Positions 10,549 through 20,180 of a stretch of DNA of 64,000 nucleotides are shown here, one piece after another. The notes beneath the pieces were generated by a model, which was not told the origin of the DNA, made no database searches, and saw only the letters and a program-made list of their open reading frames with translations. The position numbers and the translations under genes are program-made. Each line of letters starts with the position of its first letter. Position 1 is the first letter of the stretch. Origin of the DNA: a virus; IMG/VR virus record IMGVR_UViG_3300032265_001314, positions 27,272 through 91,271 of that record; one strand, given 5' to 3'.

Positions 10549-11176
10549 TGCTGTCTACCGATCCCGATTGGACTACACCTATCGTGTTAGTACTACCTGT
10601 AACACTTACACTTGCTACAAATCCGTTGGCACCAGCTGGACCATCTTGGCTTATATTAACGGCGTTGTACCCACCCACTATGCTGATATTGCTAACCGCA
10701 CCTAAGAGATTATTGCTAGTATTATTGATAAGGGTGCTGTTGTGATCACCCTGTATAGTTGTGCTGCTTTTGCTTTTTGCACCAGTAGTAGTATTAATAG
10801 AGTTGTTTCCACCTTCTGCATTGGCGACTATGATAGCATCAGTACAGGAAGATCCAGCACCGCCGCCTGCACCTGTTCCGCAGTTTACAGTTACAGTATT
10901 AACACTACCGTTTACGTTTGAAGTTAGGCTAGCGCCATCGCCTTGTATAGTAAAGTCACCTACGTTTCCACTGCCTATCTGTGAGATATTAATGATTTGG
11001 TTGTTACCGTGGAACACATTGTTTTTGAGTTCTGTACCAGCAGCATTGTTTGAGCCCGATTGCGTAATCGTGATCGTGCTGTTGCTTCCATTTTGATCCA
11101 TATAGACGCTGTTCACGGTTTGAGCGAAAGCGTTTGTAGATAAGAAAATTAATGCTGCTGCTACTAGGTATTTCAT
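10490..11176 (-). CDS. secreted curlin-repeat-like protein
   Basis: Signal peptide; many xQxGxxNx repeats; overlaps the FecR start by 59 nt. Confidence 0.7.
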   Translation of the reverse strand: MKYLVAAALIFLSTNAFAQTVNSVYMDQNGSNSTITITQSGSNNAAGTELKNNVFHGNNQIINISQIGSGNVGDFTIQGDGASLTSNVNGSVNTVTVNCGTGAGGGAGSSCTDAIIVANAEGGNNSINTTTGAKSKSSTTIQGDHNSTLINNTSNNLLGAVSNISIVGGYNAVNISQDGPAGANGFVASVSVTGSTNTIGVVQSGSVDSNVQIKSNGSNNTISVHSGN

Positions 11177-12033
11177 TTTTTAGCTCCGTCGGGCTTAGTA
11201 CTCTTAGGGACGGCAAATGCCCATAATTTTTTCGCCGCGCCCTGTTTTATCAGATCTGCTACAGCTTCTTCAGTAGCAAGACGAACAGCATAGGTACTCT
11301 GTTCGTTCATGTTGTAACCAGACTCAAGCTGTATGCTCATTGTGTTCTGATCAATAAACTTCATCACGTTTCCGCTCACGCCTGCACTAAGTATGGTTTT
11401 AGTAGCACCTGAAGTAACTAATACTTCACCAGTGGATACGCTTATTAATCGCATAACAACAGTAACCACGTCTGTCCTATACTGTGCAGAAGCACCGATA
11501 CCAAGCATAGCAGCTCCAGCGCCACCGGAAGCTATATTACTATCGTATCCAATTATGCCACCTTCGATCATAACACCCGCGACTAGTAGGGGGCTAAGTG
11601 GTTTAGCTTCTTTACCTTCGTAAGTTTCACGTTGGCTACGTATAAGCTGTCTTTCTTTAACTAGGTTGTCTAATCCTACCCTTTCAATAACTTGGAACCA
11701 TTTTCCCTTGCCAGCGTCCTGTAGTGCTTTGATAAGGAATACTTCAGCACCTTGTGTTACTGCGCTGCTCAATACGGCTACAGTGTCGTTTGGTTTCCTC
11801 TGCCCTGTCTTGTCACTAAAATTATAAACTGCGATAGTTATAGGATCTCCTGCTAATGCAGGAATATCTGCTAGCGGACTTCGTCGAAGCTTTGTTATAG
11901 GTTGGGCAGTTGGTGAAGGGACTCCACTATCGTTATCATTTATAGTATCAGCGATCCTGTCTAAGGTCTTGTTGCTGACACACCCTGCTAATAGCATCGC
12001 TACCAACGGTATCAAGAGGAAAGATTTTTTCAT
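11173..12033 (-). CDS. csgG: CsgG/HfaB-family outer-membrane secretion lipoprotein
   Basis: Lipobox LLAGC; AVYNFSDKTGQRKP, SSAVTQGA, WFQVIERVGLDNLVKERQLIR and GGIIGYDSN motifs. Confidence 0.92.
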   Translation of the reverse strand: MKKSFLLIPLVAMLLAGCVSNKTLDRIADTINDNDSGVPSPTAQPITKLRRSPLADIPALAGDPITIAVYNFSDKTGQRKPNDTVAVLSSAVTQGAEVFLIKALQDAGKGKWFQVIERVGLDNLVKERQLIRSQRETYEGKEAKPLSPLLVAGVMIEGGIIGYDSNIASGGAGAAMLGIGASAQYRTDVVTVVMRLISVSTGEVLVTSGATKTILSAGVSGNVMKFIDQNTMSIQLESGYNMNEQSTYAVRLATEEAVADLIKQGAAKKLWAFAVPKSTKPDGAKK

Positions 12034-12488
12034 TAGAATTTAAATCCTCCCATCGGAACTGATAGATTTGTTTGATTACCGCTTTGATCTGTTATGGTAA
12101 GATTAATAGTATTAGTAGACAGATCCTGCACCCAACTAATAGTGCTACCTTGGAAATCCATAGATCCTGATGTACTAGTTCCGCTAAACATAGCATTGCT
12201 TAACTGCAAACTCAGCTGTGCATATATGCGAGATTCTAAGTTGTTGAGAAACTTCTGTAGGTTGGTATTTTGCAATGCGGCTTTAACAGCGTCTGCATCG
12301 GCTTTGCGCTGCGCATCACGGGCCTGCTGTCGAGTATACTCTTCGTTCTCAATCGTGAGCACTTGTGATCCCCAACCTATGCCAGAAAATGTTGGATTCT
12401 TAAACTGGAATACCATTTCACTAGAAAACGCAGGTGCAGGAGAAATAAACACAAGGCAGGCTATTATATATGAATAGTATTTGACCAT
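12033..12488 (-). CDS. csgF: CsgF-like curli assembly protein
   Basis: Signal peptide followed by SEMVFQFKNPTFSG, the CsgF N-terminal CsgG-binding motif; directly upstream of csgG. Confidence 0.8.
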   Translation of the reverse strand: MVKYYSYIIACLVFISPAPAFSSEMVFQFKNPTFSGIGWGSQVLTIENEEYTRQQARDAQRKADADAVKAALQNTNLQKFLNNLESRIYAQLSLQLSNAMFSGTSTSGSMDFQGSTISWVQDLSTNTINLTITDQSGNQTNLSVPMGGFKF

Positions 12489-12544
12489 AACAACTCCTCT
12501 GTTATTTAAACATTATACACGTATTTAATCAGATAATATAATGA

Positions 12545-13846
12545 TTAGGATGCTTTACAGACGAATTCCTCAAACTTTCCGTTGGGAGGGAGTGGCCATT
12601 CCTTTTCATAACGTGTAACCGTATAGGTAAATGCATCACCTAGTGCCTTACGAGCGATAGCTATTAGAGCTTCTCTCTGTGTCTCCGTTATAGGATCGTC
12701 TGTTACTATCTTATATTCGATCATTTCTCTGCTGTGCTGTATGACCTGATACTTGCGTATGATAAAGTCTAGCTCGTCAAAGTTATACATACCAACCATG
12801 GGCCAATAGCGCCTACCATCCGGCTGTATGATTAGATTGCGTTCTCTACCTACTACACGCTTTAGTGTTAGCAATCCTCTACCACAACTGCATTCCGGTC
12901 CACGTTCAGCATAGTCGCCTATAGAATAGCGTATCATTGGACTAGCATAATTGTGTAGATCAGTAACTACTACCCTGCCAATAGACCCCGCTGTGACTGG
13001 AGCACCTCGATCGTCTACAACTTCTACTACGAGATTTTGATCCATAGTATGATAGAGATCGCTGTCTGGGCATTTAGCTGCGATAGAACCCATCTCTTGG
13101 CTGCTATATGAATCTTCGATATCTAATCCAAATAGCTGCTTAGTCCTAACTCTGAGGCTATCGCTAACAGTCTCGCCTATAGTTTTGATATGTTTAAGTT
13201 TGAACTGGGGAATATCCTTCTCCCATATATCTAGCAGGGCCTTTAGATTGTTGGGATATACGATGAGGATGTTAGGATTAAAGCCGCGCAATAGCCTATC
13301 TTGTTCTTTGATATCAGTCCATATATTGATAGACAGCATAGGTCCAGTTTCGTGCATTAGCGCATAAGGAGCACCCCAGTTAGATATTTCTTTATTTTCA
13401 TGGTGTCCTGCTCGTATAGAAGCTAACCTTGACTTAAAGTCTCTCTTGTGCCAAAGTATCTCTTGATAGTTGAATGCGTAGAAGAACTGTGCTACTGTAT
13501 CTGTAGCTTTGATTACTACAGGTTCGCCTGTTGACCCTGAGGTCTTGACTACGCCCGGCTTGCCGTGATCCTTTGGTACTTCTCTAGCAAAGAAACTTTC
13601 ACCTGCCGATTGTATATCTCTACGAGAAAGCAAAGGTAGGGCAGTGATATTATCTACCGATATACCTTTAGGCTGTAATCCGGACACTCTTATGCGTTCT
13701 AGGAACCATTCACTGTTCTTCACGTGATGATTTACTAATGACTTGAGCTTTACGGTCTGTATATCCCTAAGAGCCTTGGGAGTATACCACTGAAGCTGTG
13801 ATAGAGTAGCCGTTAATGTCTTGAGTGCTTCTATCTTACTTGCCAT
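12545..13846 (-). CDS. phenylacetate-CoA ligase/CapK-like adenylate-forming enzyme
   Basis: TSGSTGEP, YSSQEMG and PMIRYSIGD...GR motifs. Confidence 0.85.
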   Translation of the reverse strand: MASKIEALKTLTATLSQLQWYTPKALRDIQTVKLKSLVNHHVKNSEWFLERIRVSGLQPKGISVDNITALPLLSRRDIQSAGESFFAREVPKDHGKPGVVKTSGSTGEPVVIKATDTVAQFFYAFNYQEILWHKRDFKSRLASIRAGHHENKEISNWGAPYALMHETGPMLSINIWTDIKEQDRLLRGFNPNILIVYPNNLKALLDIWEKDIPQFKLKHIKTIGETVSDSLRVRTKQLFGLDIEDSYSSQEMGSIAAKCPDSDLYHTMDQNLVVEVVDDRGAPVTAGSIGRVVVTDLHNYASPMIRYSIGDYAERGPECSCGRGLLTLKRVVGRERNLIIQPDGRRYWPMVGMYNFDELDFIIRKYQVIQHSREMIEYKIVTDDPITETQREALIAIARKALGDAFTYTVTRYEKEWPLPPNGKFEEFVCKAS

Positions 13847-14606
13847 CTTTTTTCCAAACTATGATAGGGCAAGTGTCTGCTAGATCATATCCTGTAGTTT
13901 CTACAAAATCTGCAATATCAAATACACACACCCACTGCTGCCTGTCTGGCACAAAAGTCACTGTGTCTATGTTTTCATATAGATCTATCGTATTGATATC
14001 ATCTATATTCCATCCCGTGCTCATGGCAACATATTTTCGATCCAGTGCTATCTCATTAAATAGATCTCTAACTTTTGCTAGCTCAACTGGTCCGTTATTT
14101 TTTGCTGCTATATAATAGACCATCTTCCATTTGAATCCGTTCCATCCTAACCCAGTGCGGGCTTGTAGGTCGTATTTTAATTCTTCTATCGTAACTGGTA
14201 TCCTTGGGCGTTCAAACACACGCTGTATCAATCGACCATTTGGTTTTAACCAAAGCTTACACTTGTTTGCAAAGTTAACCATATTGTCTAATTTACCTAA
14301 CAGTCCCAAAGCACCGTCACTTATGATATTTCCAAACTGTCCTGGAGACCAAGTCATTGTTTTCCAATCAGCTAGAATGGCTTTTTTGGATTCGGTATCT
14401 CCGGGCCAAACAGTATCTATCATGTGTTGATTAACATCTACTGCTAGCAGGTTATCAAATAGCGGATGGAATTCCGGTGTTACACCTAGCAATAGAGTCT
14501 CACCCGTAACACAGAGATCTCGCATCTGCTGTGCTACTTGAGTAGTAGGACGCAATGGTGGTGCTAGTCTATTCCAGCTAGCACTATGCTTGGGTAATGG
14601 ATTCAT
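13836..14606 (-). CDS. SAM-dependent methyltransferase-like protein
   Basis: LLLGVTPE, AVD, ADW and LKPNG (Rossmann MTase fold). Confidence 0.6.
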   Translation of the reverse strand: MNPLPKHSASWNRLAPPLRPTTQVAQQMRDLCVTGETLLLGVTPEFHPLFDNLLAVDVNQHMIDTVWPGDTESKKAILADWKTMTWSPGQFGNIISDGALGLLGKLDNMVNFANKCKLWLKPNGRLIQRVFERPRIPVTIEELKYDLQARTGLGWNGFKWKMVYYIAAKNNGPVELAKVRDLFNEIALDRKYVAMSTGWNIDDINTIDLYENIDTVTFVPDRQQWVCVFDIADFVETTGYDLADTCPIIVWKKDGK

Positions 14607-15195
14607 TTTGTTTCCCTAATAGATAGTTAAGAACCATTCCATATAGTGGAACGATGATCGCCGATGCAAATATCAGCTTGCCAAGCACACCGTTAGTGGC
14701 TACTTCAAACCAATGCTCTGCCATAAATGCGTTTGCACTTCCAATAAATGCTGCTGCGAAGAACAAGTATGTTGATAGCGCCATCATAACATTGCCACTA
14801 ATTAATGGAGCGATCCACCACTGTGTATACTTTTCGCGTAGAAACTGGAATACATATACATCTAGTAACTGTGCTACAATGTAGCTAAATCCACTAGCAA
14901 GGGCTACTCGTACAGCGACCGATTCCGGAGCACCACTAGCCATTATAACTAGTATGCTAGCGAGGATACCTGGGATAAAACTTACTGCCACTACTAGCCT
15001 AGCCGTGTTCTTGCCTATCAATCTTACCGTTAGATCAGTTAGCAAGAATACCAATGGGTAGACTAACGTACTGTAGGCAATCGGACTATCAAACACCGTA
15101 AATTTGAAGTTAACTAAAAAGTTGCTAAATGCAATCACTGCTGTATGTAATAGCATTAATCGTAATAAAATATTCTTATCTATGTTGTTAAACAT
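14584..15195 (-). CDS. yhhQ: YhhQ/VUT-family 7-deazaguanine (preQ0/preQ1) transporter
   Basis: Six TMs; SNFLV, PLVFLLTDLTVR, RVALAS and QLLDVYVF motifs. Confidence 0.85.
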   Translation of the reverse strand: MFNNIDKNILLRLMLLHTAVIAFSNFLVNFKFTVFDSPIAYSTLVYPLVFLLTDLTVRLIGKNTARLVVAVSFIPGILASILVIMASGAPESVAVRVALASGFSYIVAQLLDVYVFQFLREKYTQWWIAPLISGNVMMALSTYLFFAAAFIGSANAFMAEHWFEVATNGVLGKLIFASAIIVPLYGMVLNYLLGKQNESITQA

Positions 15196-16067
15196 TAAAT
15201 GGTTCCTTTCGCATTATCGTCTCGCCATTCCATTATTTCTTTGTGCTCGCTATCTATTAGCTCGCTATAGCTCATTGGTTTAGCTTTGCTATCACGCACG
15301 AATGCTAATAGAAATCTCTTGCCGAAACCGTAATGTTCTGGATATTCTTTCTTAAGCGTATTGTATCCTCGTATATCTTCCTTGTAACCCAAACGATTCA
15401 TTATAATCTTGAGTGCGCCCATGCTGGGTAAGATCCCTAGTATGTTGCTGACTGCTTCGTGATTGTCATGATGCATCATCTTACCATTATCATTGTAGCT
15501 AACAAATGGGTAACCGTATTCAACACCGAGCATTAGCTTATGTAAGCTCTCATATGATTCTTCTCCCTTTAGTTTTCCTATCTCATTAATCAAAGGTAAT
15601 AAAAAAGGGATAGGTGGATGTATGCTTTCGATCACTATAGTATTAGCACAAGTTGCCATAGCAGTTAGGACAGGAAGGAAATTGGTGATAGCGTGTAGCA
15701 CTCCACCAATGATTATATAATCGTATTCTTCCAAATTGTTCTCAAGGAAGGTTTCACAGCTATCTGTTACGATATCCCAGTTATCTAAGTACCCATAATA
15801 TTTGGTGAGATTTTGATCAGCGATAGCTGCCAATGGTTTGCTTATTTCCACACCTACATATTTCTTAGCTCCGTTGCTTAAAGCATATGCTCCAAATGCT
15901 CCTAGACAGCAACCTAAATCCAGCACTGATTTATCTTTTAAAAACTGTGGGGGTATCCAAGCTTCATATCTTGCTAGCTGCGTTTCTGCAGTGAATTCCC
16001 GTTCGATAGCTTGATCAGTGCGTGGATCTCTAGTGATAAAGTCTGTCTGTGTTTCAAATATGTTCAA
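15195..16067 (-). CDS. class I SAM-dependent methyltransferase
   Basis: VLDLGCCLG, GVEIS and GVLH motifs. Confidence 0.75.
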   Translation of the reverse strand: MNIFETQTDFITRDPRTDQAIEREFTAETQLARYEAWIPPQFLKDKSVLDLGCCLGAFGAYALSNGAKKYVGVEISKPLAAIADQNLTKYYGYLDNWDIVTDSCETFLENNLEEYDYIIIGGVLHAITNFLPVLTAMATCANTIVIESIHPPIPFLLPLINEIGKLKGEESYESLHKLMLGVEYGYPFVSYNDNGKMMHHDNHEAVSNILGILPSMGALKIIMNRLGYKEDIRGYNTLKKEYPEHYGFGKRFLLAFVRDSKAKPMSYSELIDSEHKEIMEWRDDNAKGTI

Positions 16068-16470
16068 TGTTTATCTCTTCTTTCAAATAGCGTATGAGTT
16101 CCTTATCTGTGGGCTGTACTGAATAGTTTTGTTTAAAGAAGATCTCATAGCTATCGCTGCCATACTTACCGATACCGTAGAGGTCAGCAGCATTATTTCT
16201 ATCCCAAGTTAAGAAATCTTGTGTCATCCTACGCAAACGTTTTTCGCGCACATTAACCATACCCAATGGTCTGATTACATCCTTAACAACATCTGGATCT
16301 GCGAGAAAATAGAAATGCATCTCCGTGGGCCAACGGGAAAGGAATTCCGGTAGCACAGTTTTTACAGGCTTCCGGCCCGTTTGGTTGAGCATAATTACAC
16401 CAACCATATGCTGCCAAGCCCCATTGATCTGTTGCTGTACCATAAGATCATCGCGTAAAGGTTTAATCAA
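16054..16470 (-). CDS. MBD4-like HhH-GPD DNA glycosylase
   Basis: IMLNQT, PLGM...R, LYGIGKYGSDSYEIF and PTDKEL motifs. Confidence 0.85.
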   Translation of the reverse strand: MIKPLRDDLMVQQQINGAWQHMVGVIMLNQTGRKPVKTVLPEFLSRWPTEMHFYFLADPDVVKDVIRPLGMVNVREKRLRRMTQDFLTWDRNNAADLYGIGKYGSDSYEIFFKQNYSVQPTDKELIRYLKEEINIEHI

Positions 16471-16822
16471 GTGTGCGGCCCTCTGCTGCTAGACGTAGTA
16501 ACATCTTATAGTTTTCCCAAGCTTTCTTTACTGCTGGAACATTCTTACGAGTCCAATCTTCGTGCTCTCGCATCTCACGATAATCTCCTGGATCTCGACA
16601 ATACTCTCGGAAGTGTTTCATATCTGTATTCAACCTATCGAGATTGCTTTCAGTTATTTCGATAGTATACAGCCTTTCACTGTGATACTTTTCCATTTGC
16701 ATTGCTTCCACAGCAGTCATGTCTATCCGATATGATAACGGCAAACGCATCACAGGAGCTCGGCGGTGGCTATCTACGATCCTCAGTTGATAGTGATTAT
16801 ATAAGTCGTCCATATCATTCAT
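16463..16822 (-). CDS. hypothetical protein
   Basis: Coupled ORF with a PAVKKAWENY motif. Confidence 0.6.
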   Translation of the reverse strand: MNDMDDLYNHYQLRIVDSHRRAPVMRLPLSYRIDMTAVEAMQMEKYHSERLYTIEITESNLDRLNTDMKHFREYCRDPGDYREMREHEDWTRKNVPAVKKAWENYKMLLRLAAEGRTLD

Positions 16823-17040
16823 TTAGGCACTCTATATCCAGTTTGAACGTTTTCGTCGTCGTATACTCTGGGACAGACATCTCCCCAGCGCAATAAAAAT
16901 TCAGTAAGCAACGGACCTTTAGGCATCCAAAACCTAGTCCTGTTGATGTGTGATTCTCGATTGATATTGTTTTCTCTCAACCAAGTAAGTACTTCTACGA
17001 AATGTTCATCTCTAGAATATACAGCAAACTGTCTGAACAT
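16819..17040 (-). CDS. FxL[RK]W-family small protein
   Basis: EFLLRWG near the C-terminus. Confidence 0.6.
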   Translation of the reverse strand: MFRQFAVYSRDEHFVEVLTWLRENNINRESHINRTRFWMPKGPLLTEFLLRWGDVCPRVYDDENVQTGYRVPK

Positions 17041-17270
17041 TTCATTCTTTATCCTTCCGCCATTCTGGATCTATCTTGCGTATCACATCGTGTATCTTCT
17101 TAGGACTAACACTAGCATATCTGTTGCCGTTAGTGCAAGCAATGACATCATATTTTTCTGTCAAAGATTTTACTTCTTTAACAAACTCGCGCAGCTGTTC
17201 GATCTCTGTGTTAGCATTATCTAACTTAGCCTGTGTGCTACACGCTTCGTTAAGCCAGTAATTGTCCATT

Positions 17271-18092
17271 TTATATCTCCACAATAAGGTTAGGATTAAA
17301 TCCATTCGTCTCTCCTGGATATCCTCTAGGGTTACAAACGATACGGGTGTCGCCGATCATATAGTCCCAACAGTCGTGTACGTGTCCGTGGACCCATAAT
17401 TTGATCTGAGGATGATCAACAATATACTCATCAAGTCTATTAACAAATGCGTGATTCATTACATCTTGATTCTTGTACTTTGGATGTATGCTGCTATGTG
17501 ATGGAGCGTGATGCCCAAGCACTACCACTTTGCCGTCCCAGCCGCGCACACCTTCCTTAATAAATTCTACTGCATATCTATTAGCTTTAACTGTATCGAT
17601 AGGCCGCAGCTTATGATAGACCCCGCTGTTCTCGATAGTGATAGCACGGTAGTCAGTCATCATAAATCTAACACCCTCCATCGTCAATGGATCGGCATTG
17701 TTAATATCAGTCCATAGGCTAGTGCCAATGATACGGGTATCACCTATATTGAGCCAAGTGTTATCCATCATAGTGATGTTTGGCCAAGGCTCAAGCGCAT
17801 CCCTTAATCTTTCGGCTGTGTTATTCCATCTACCGTGATAGTATTCGTGATTACCCATGATATAATAGACAGTATCAAACTCTAAGCTGATATGATTGAA
17901 AAACTCGCGATAACGTTCGGCATCTTTAGCATAGAATCCATTGTTAGGTAACCCATATGTTGCTGGATTTTTATAAAGATGATCTACCACGCAGATATCG
18001 CCAGCGAGCACAAGTGCATCTGCTCCAGCATTAACGATTGTAGGCGGATCGCGGAATTCTAGATGTAAATCACTAATTATCTGCAGTTTCAT
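17271..18092 (-). CDS. calcineurin-like metallophosphoesterase
   Basis: SDLHLE, LAGDI, GNHE, HHAP, HGHVH and CNPRGY motifs. Confidence 0.9.
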   Translation of the reverse strand: MKLQIISDLHLEFRDPPTIVNAGADALVLAGDICVVDHLYKNPATYGLPNNGFYAKDAERYREFFNHISLEFDTVYYIMGNHEYYHGRWNNTAERLRDALEPWPNITMMDNTWLNIGDTRIIGTSLWTDINNADPLTMEGVRFMMTDYRAITIENSGVYHKLRPIDTVKANRYAVEFIKEGVRGWDGKVVVLGHHAPSHSSIHPKYKNQDVMNHAFVNRLDEYIVDHPQIKLWVHGHVHDCWDYMIGDTRIVCNPRGYPGETNGFNPNLIVEI

Positions 18093-18376
18093 TTCTTTTT
18101 CCTCGGATTCCGATAGTATCCATAGTAGATTTTTTTTAGTTTTTCAAGCTCAGGATGATCATGTATCCACTGCCCTGTATGAGGCGCAAACTTTTCTCGG
18201 AAGAAATCATCTAACAGCTCGTTATCGGTACTTATCTGTACGTTGATAGCTTCAGCTAGAGAATCGAAATCACCATCACTTATAATGCTATCGTTTTCAA
18301 ATTCATACGCATACGCCGCAACAGAAAGACGGATCCTGTTGCGGCGCTCTACTTCAATAGGAGATCCCCACATCAA
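18089..18376 (-). CDS. stand-alone NAD-ligase domain Ia-like protein
   Basis: AYAYEFENDSIISDGDFD resembles the LigA YY..D.P.ISD.EYD motif. Confidence 0.6.
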   Translation of the reverse strand: MMWGSPIEVERRNRIRLSVAAYAYEFENDSIISDGDFDSLAEAINVQISTDNELLDDFFREKFAPHTGQWIHDHPELEKLKKIYYGYYRNPRKKK

Positions 18377-18822
18377 AAATCTCCAGGTGCAACCTGCAGA
18401 ACACGAACACCTGCCTCACGAACGGCATCCACAACCTGCTTGCGATCATCTACCCACAGCCAAGGCCAACCCCAATCACATTGGATATCGTGCAGCAGCT
18501 CAACCTTAACGATTGAGTCTTTGCGGTTGTCCTTCTCCGCTCTCATGTACAGATCATCGTAGTAGACATTGTTATCCTTCAGCCACTTCTCAGTGACTGC
18601 ACGGGTCTCGCTACCACGTCCACTGCACAGAATGATACGGGTCGTGCCCTCAGCTTCAAACTGATTCAGCATCCATAAGATATCCTCATAGACAGTATCC
18701 AGATGCATTGCAGCATTCCAAGCAGCCCAGTTTTTAGGTTTGCTTGCGACCCAGTGGCGACGATGGTCTACGTTAGCTAACGTGCCATCGATATCAAATA
18801 CGATTACCTTACCTACAAACAT
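18373..18822 (-). CDS. HAD-family polynucleotide 3'-phosphatase (PseT C-terminal type)
   Basis: FDIDGTL, SGR, LYMR, RKD..VK and VDDR motifs. Confidence 0.85.
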   Translation of the reverse strand: MFVGKVIVFDIDGTLANVDHRRHWVASKPKNWAAWNAAMHLDTVYEDILWMLNQFEAEGTTRIILCSGRGSETRAVTEKWLKDNNVYYDDLYMRAEKDNRKDSIVKVELLHDIQCDWGWPWLWVDDRKQVVDAVREAGVRVLQVAPGDF

Positions 18823-19060
18823 TGGTGGTTTCATTGAGGAGTTGCTGCGCTGCATCATAGGTGAGATAGTATTCCATTAGTGTTTCTATAGCAGCAACCC
18901 AGCGGCGATCAGCAGTTAAATCTTCAGATTCAAAAGGTTTAATATCATCCCCTTTGGCTTCTAAAGCTGCTATCTCGCTTTTCAACCCTCGCCAATCCTG
19001 GATAAGGATATCACGGAATAGTGCTTCGGCTGTTTCGTTTTCAATCGTTATATTAAACAT
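18809..19060 (-). CDS. hypothetical protein
   Basis: GAGG RBS; coupled ORF. Confidence 0.55.
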   Translation of the reverse strand: MFNITIENETAEALFRDILIQDWRGLKSEIAALEAKGDDIKPFESEDLTADRRWVAAIETLMEYYLTYDAAQQLLNETTNVCR

Positions 19061-19071
19061 TCCATCCTCTA

Positions 19072-19404
19072 TTAGTTTATAACCCCGTACAGATCTACTG
19101 CTATGTTAGTAGTCCAAAATTCTATCTTTAAAGCCTGACCCTCGTGATGATAGCCACTTAGGCTCAACATCATAGTGATCTCTTTCCAAACCTTATCACG
19201 CTGTTCACGATCATCAAATTCCATATGGAAATGTATCTTGCGTAATGTACCACCATACTCATAAGACTTAAAGTTTGGTGGTGTGTTCCAAGAACCCCAA
19301 CGCGGCAGCTGCCTTGTTTTAGCTTTGGCTTTGTCTAAACCGTGTTTGATGAGGATAGAATTAACTATCTTCCTCAGCTTTTTGGTGCTCAGAGGTTGGG
19401 ACAC
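19072..19404 (-). CDS. hypothetical protein
   Basis: ORF in operon. Confidence 0.5.
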   Translation of the reverse strand: MSQPLSTKKLRKIVNSILIKHGLDKAKAKTRQLPRWGSWNTPPNFKSYEYGGTLRKIHFHMEFDDREQRDKVWKEITMMLSLSGYHHEGQALKIEFWTTNIAVDLYGVIN

Positions 19405-19668
19405 TTGATGCCTATGTTTTCTAGCATGGTTTTAGCTAACGCACAACCACTGTTTTTTACATCTTTTTCTTTAAGATCCTGATGATCCATCACAGTTTTA
19501 GTGGTCAAATCTGTTAGCAATCGAACGAGAGCATCATCATTCCAATCTTCTACCCAATTGCGCTTTGTCCAACTGTAAGTGTACTTGTAGCTGTAGTTCC
19601 AAGGTTGTTCGTTATCCATGATTGCTCTCCTTACTTTATAATATATTATAACATAAAACAGAGGATTG

Positions 19669-19893
19669 TCAAGCGATAATGCCACTCCATCTAAGCAAGA
19701 ACAATAATTTTATATTTTCATTAGGGAATTGGAAGAAGTATTCTTGTCCTCTGCGCAACACATTCCAATCTTTATAATATTTCAATCCTTGATCTTCCAT
19801 CCAGGAATGTATATAGGGAATAGGATGCAGCTGTTCAAATCCGGTTTCATAGTAGAGCCACTTTTGATCTGCTTTTAGTTCTACCCAATCCAT
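19669..19893 (-). CDS. FxL[RK]W-family small protein
   Basis: LFLLRWS. Confidence 0.6.
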   Translation of the reverse strand: MDWVELKADQKWLYYETGFEQLHPIPYIHSWMEDQGLKYYKDWNVLRRGQEYFFQFPNENIKLLFLLRWSGIIA

Positions 19894-20180
19894 TGCAACA
19901 ATACCTTTATAAATCCCACGCTATCCATGCTGGCTATCATTAAAAACGTAGCCAACATACCAAAACTATCTCTGCTATAAGCACACCAAGCATAGGCCAA
20001 TGTACCACCGATCCAAAGCGGATAAAGAAGCAAGAAAGGTAAGTTAGGTACTGTGCTGTTAACTATAATTGCACAAACTAAACTATCTACCCAACAGAGC
20101 GTTTCCACTACGAATCTAACAGGATGGCTGCGCCAGTCCTGTTTAATCCATTCCCATATTTCTCTGATAGGTTCTATCAT
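19881..20180 (-). CDS. small membrane protein
   Basis: Start trimmed to MIEPIRE (GAGG RBS); three hydrophobic segments. Confidence 0.55.
   Translation of the reverse strand: MIEPIREIWEWIKQDWRSHPVRFVVETLCWVDSLVCAIIVNSTVPNLPFLLLYPLWIGGTLAYAWCAYSRDSFGMLATFLMIASMDSVGFIKVLLQWIG

Noticed and set aside
8890-12488. Host chromosomal curli operon or prophage boundary
   Set aside because: csgD, csgE and csgC are absent, flanks and promoters are phage-like, and no integrase or att site is seen.
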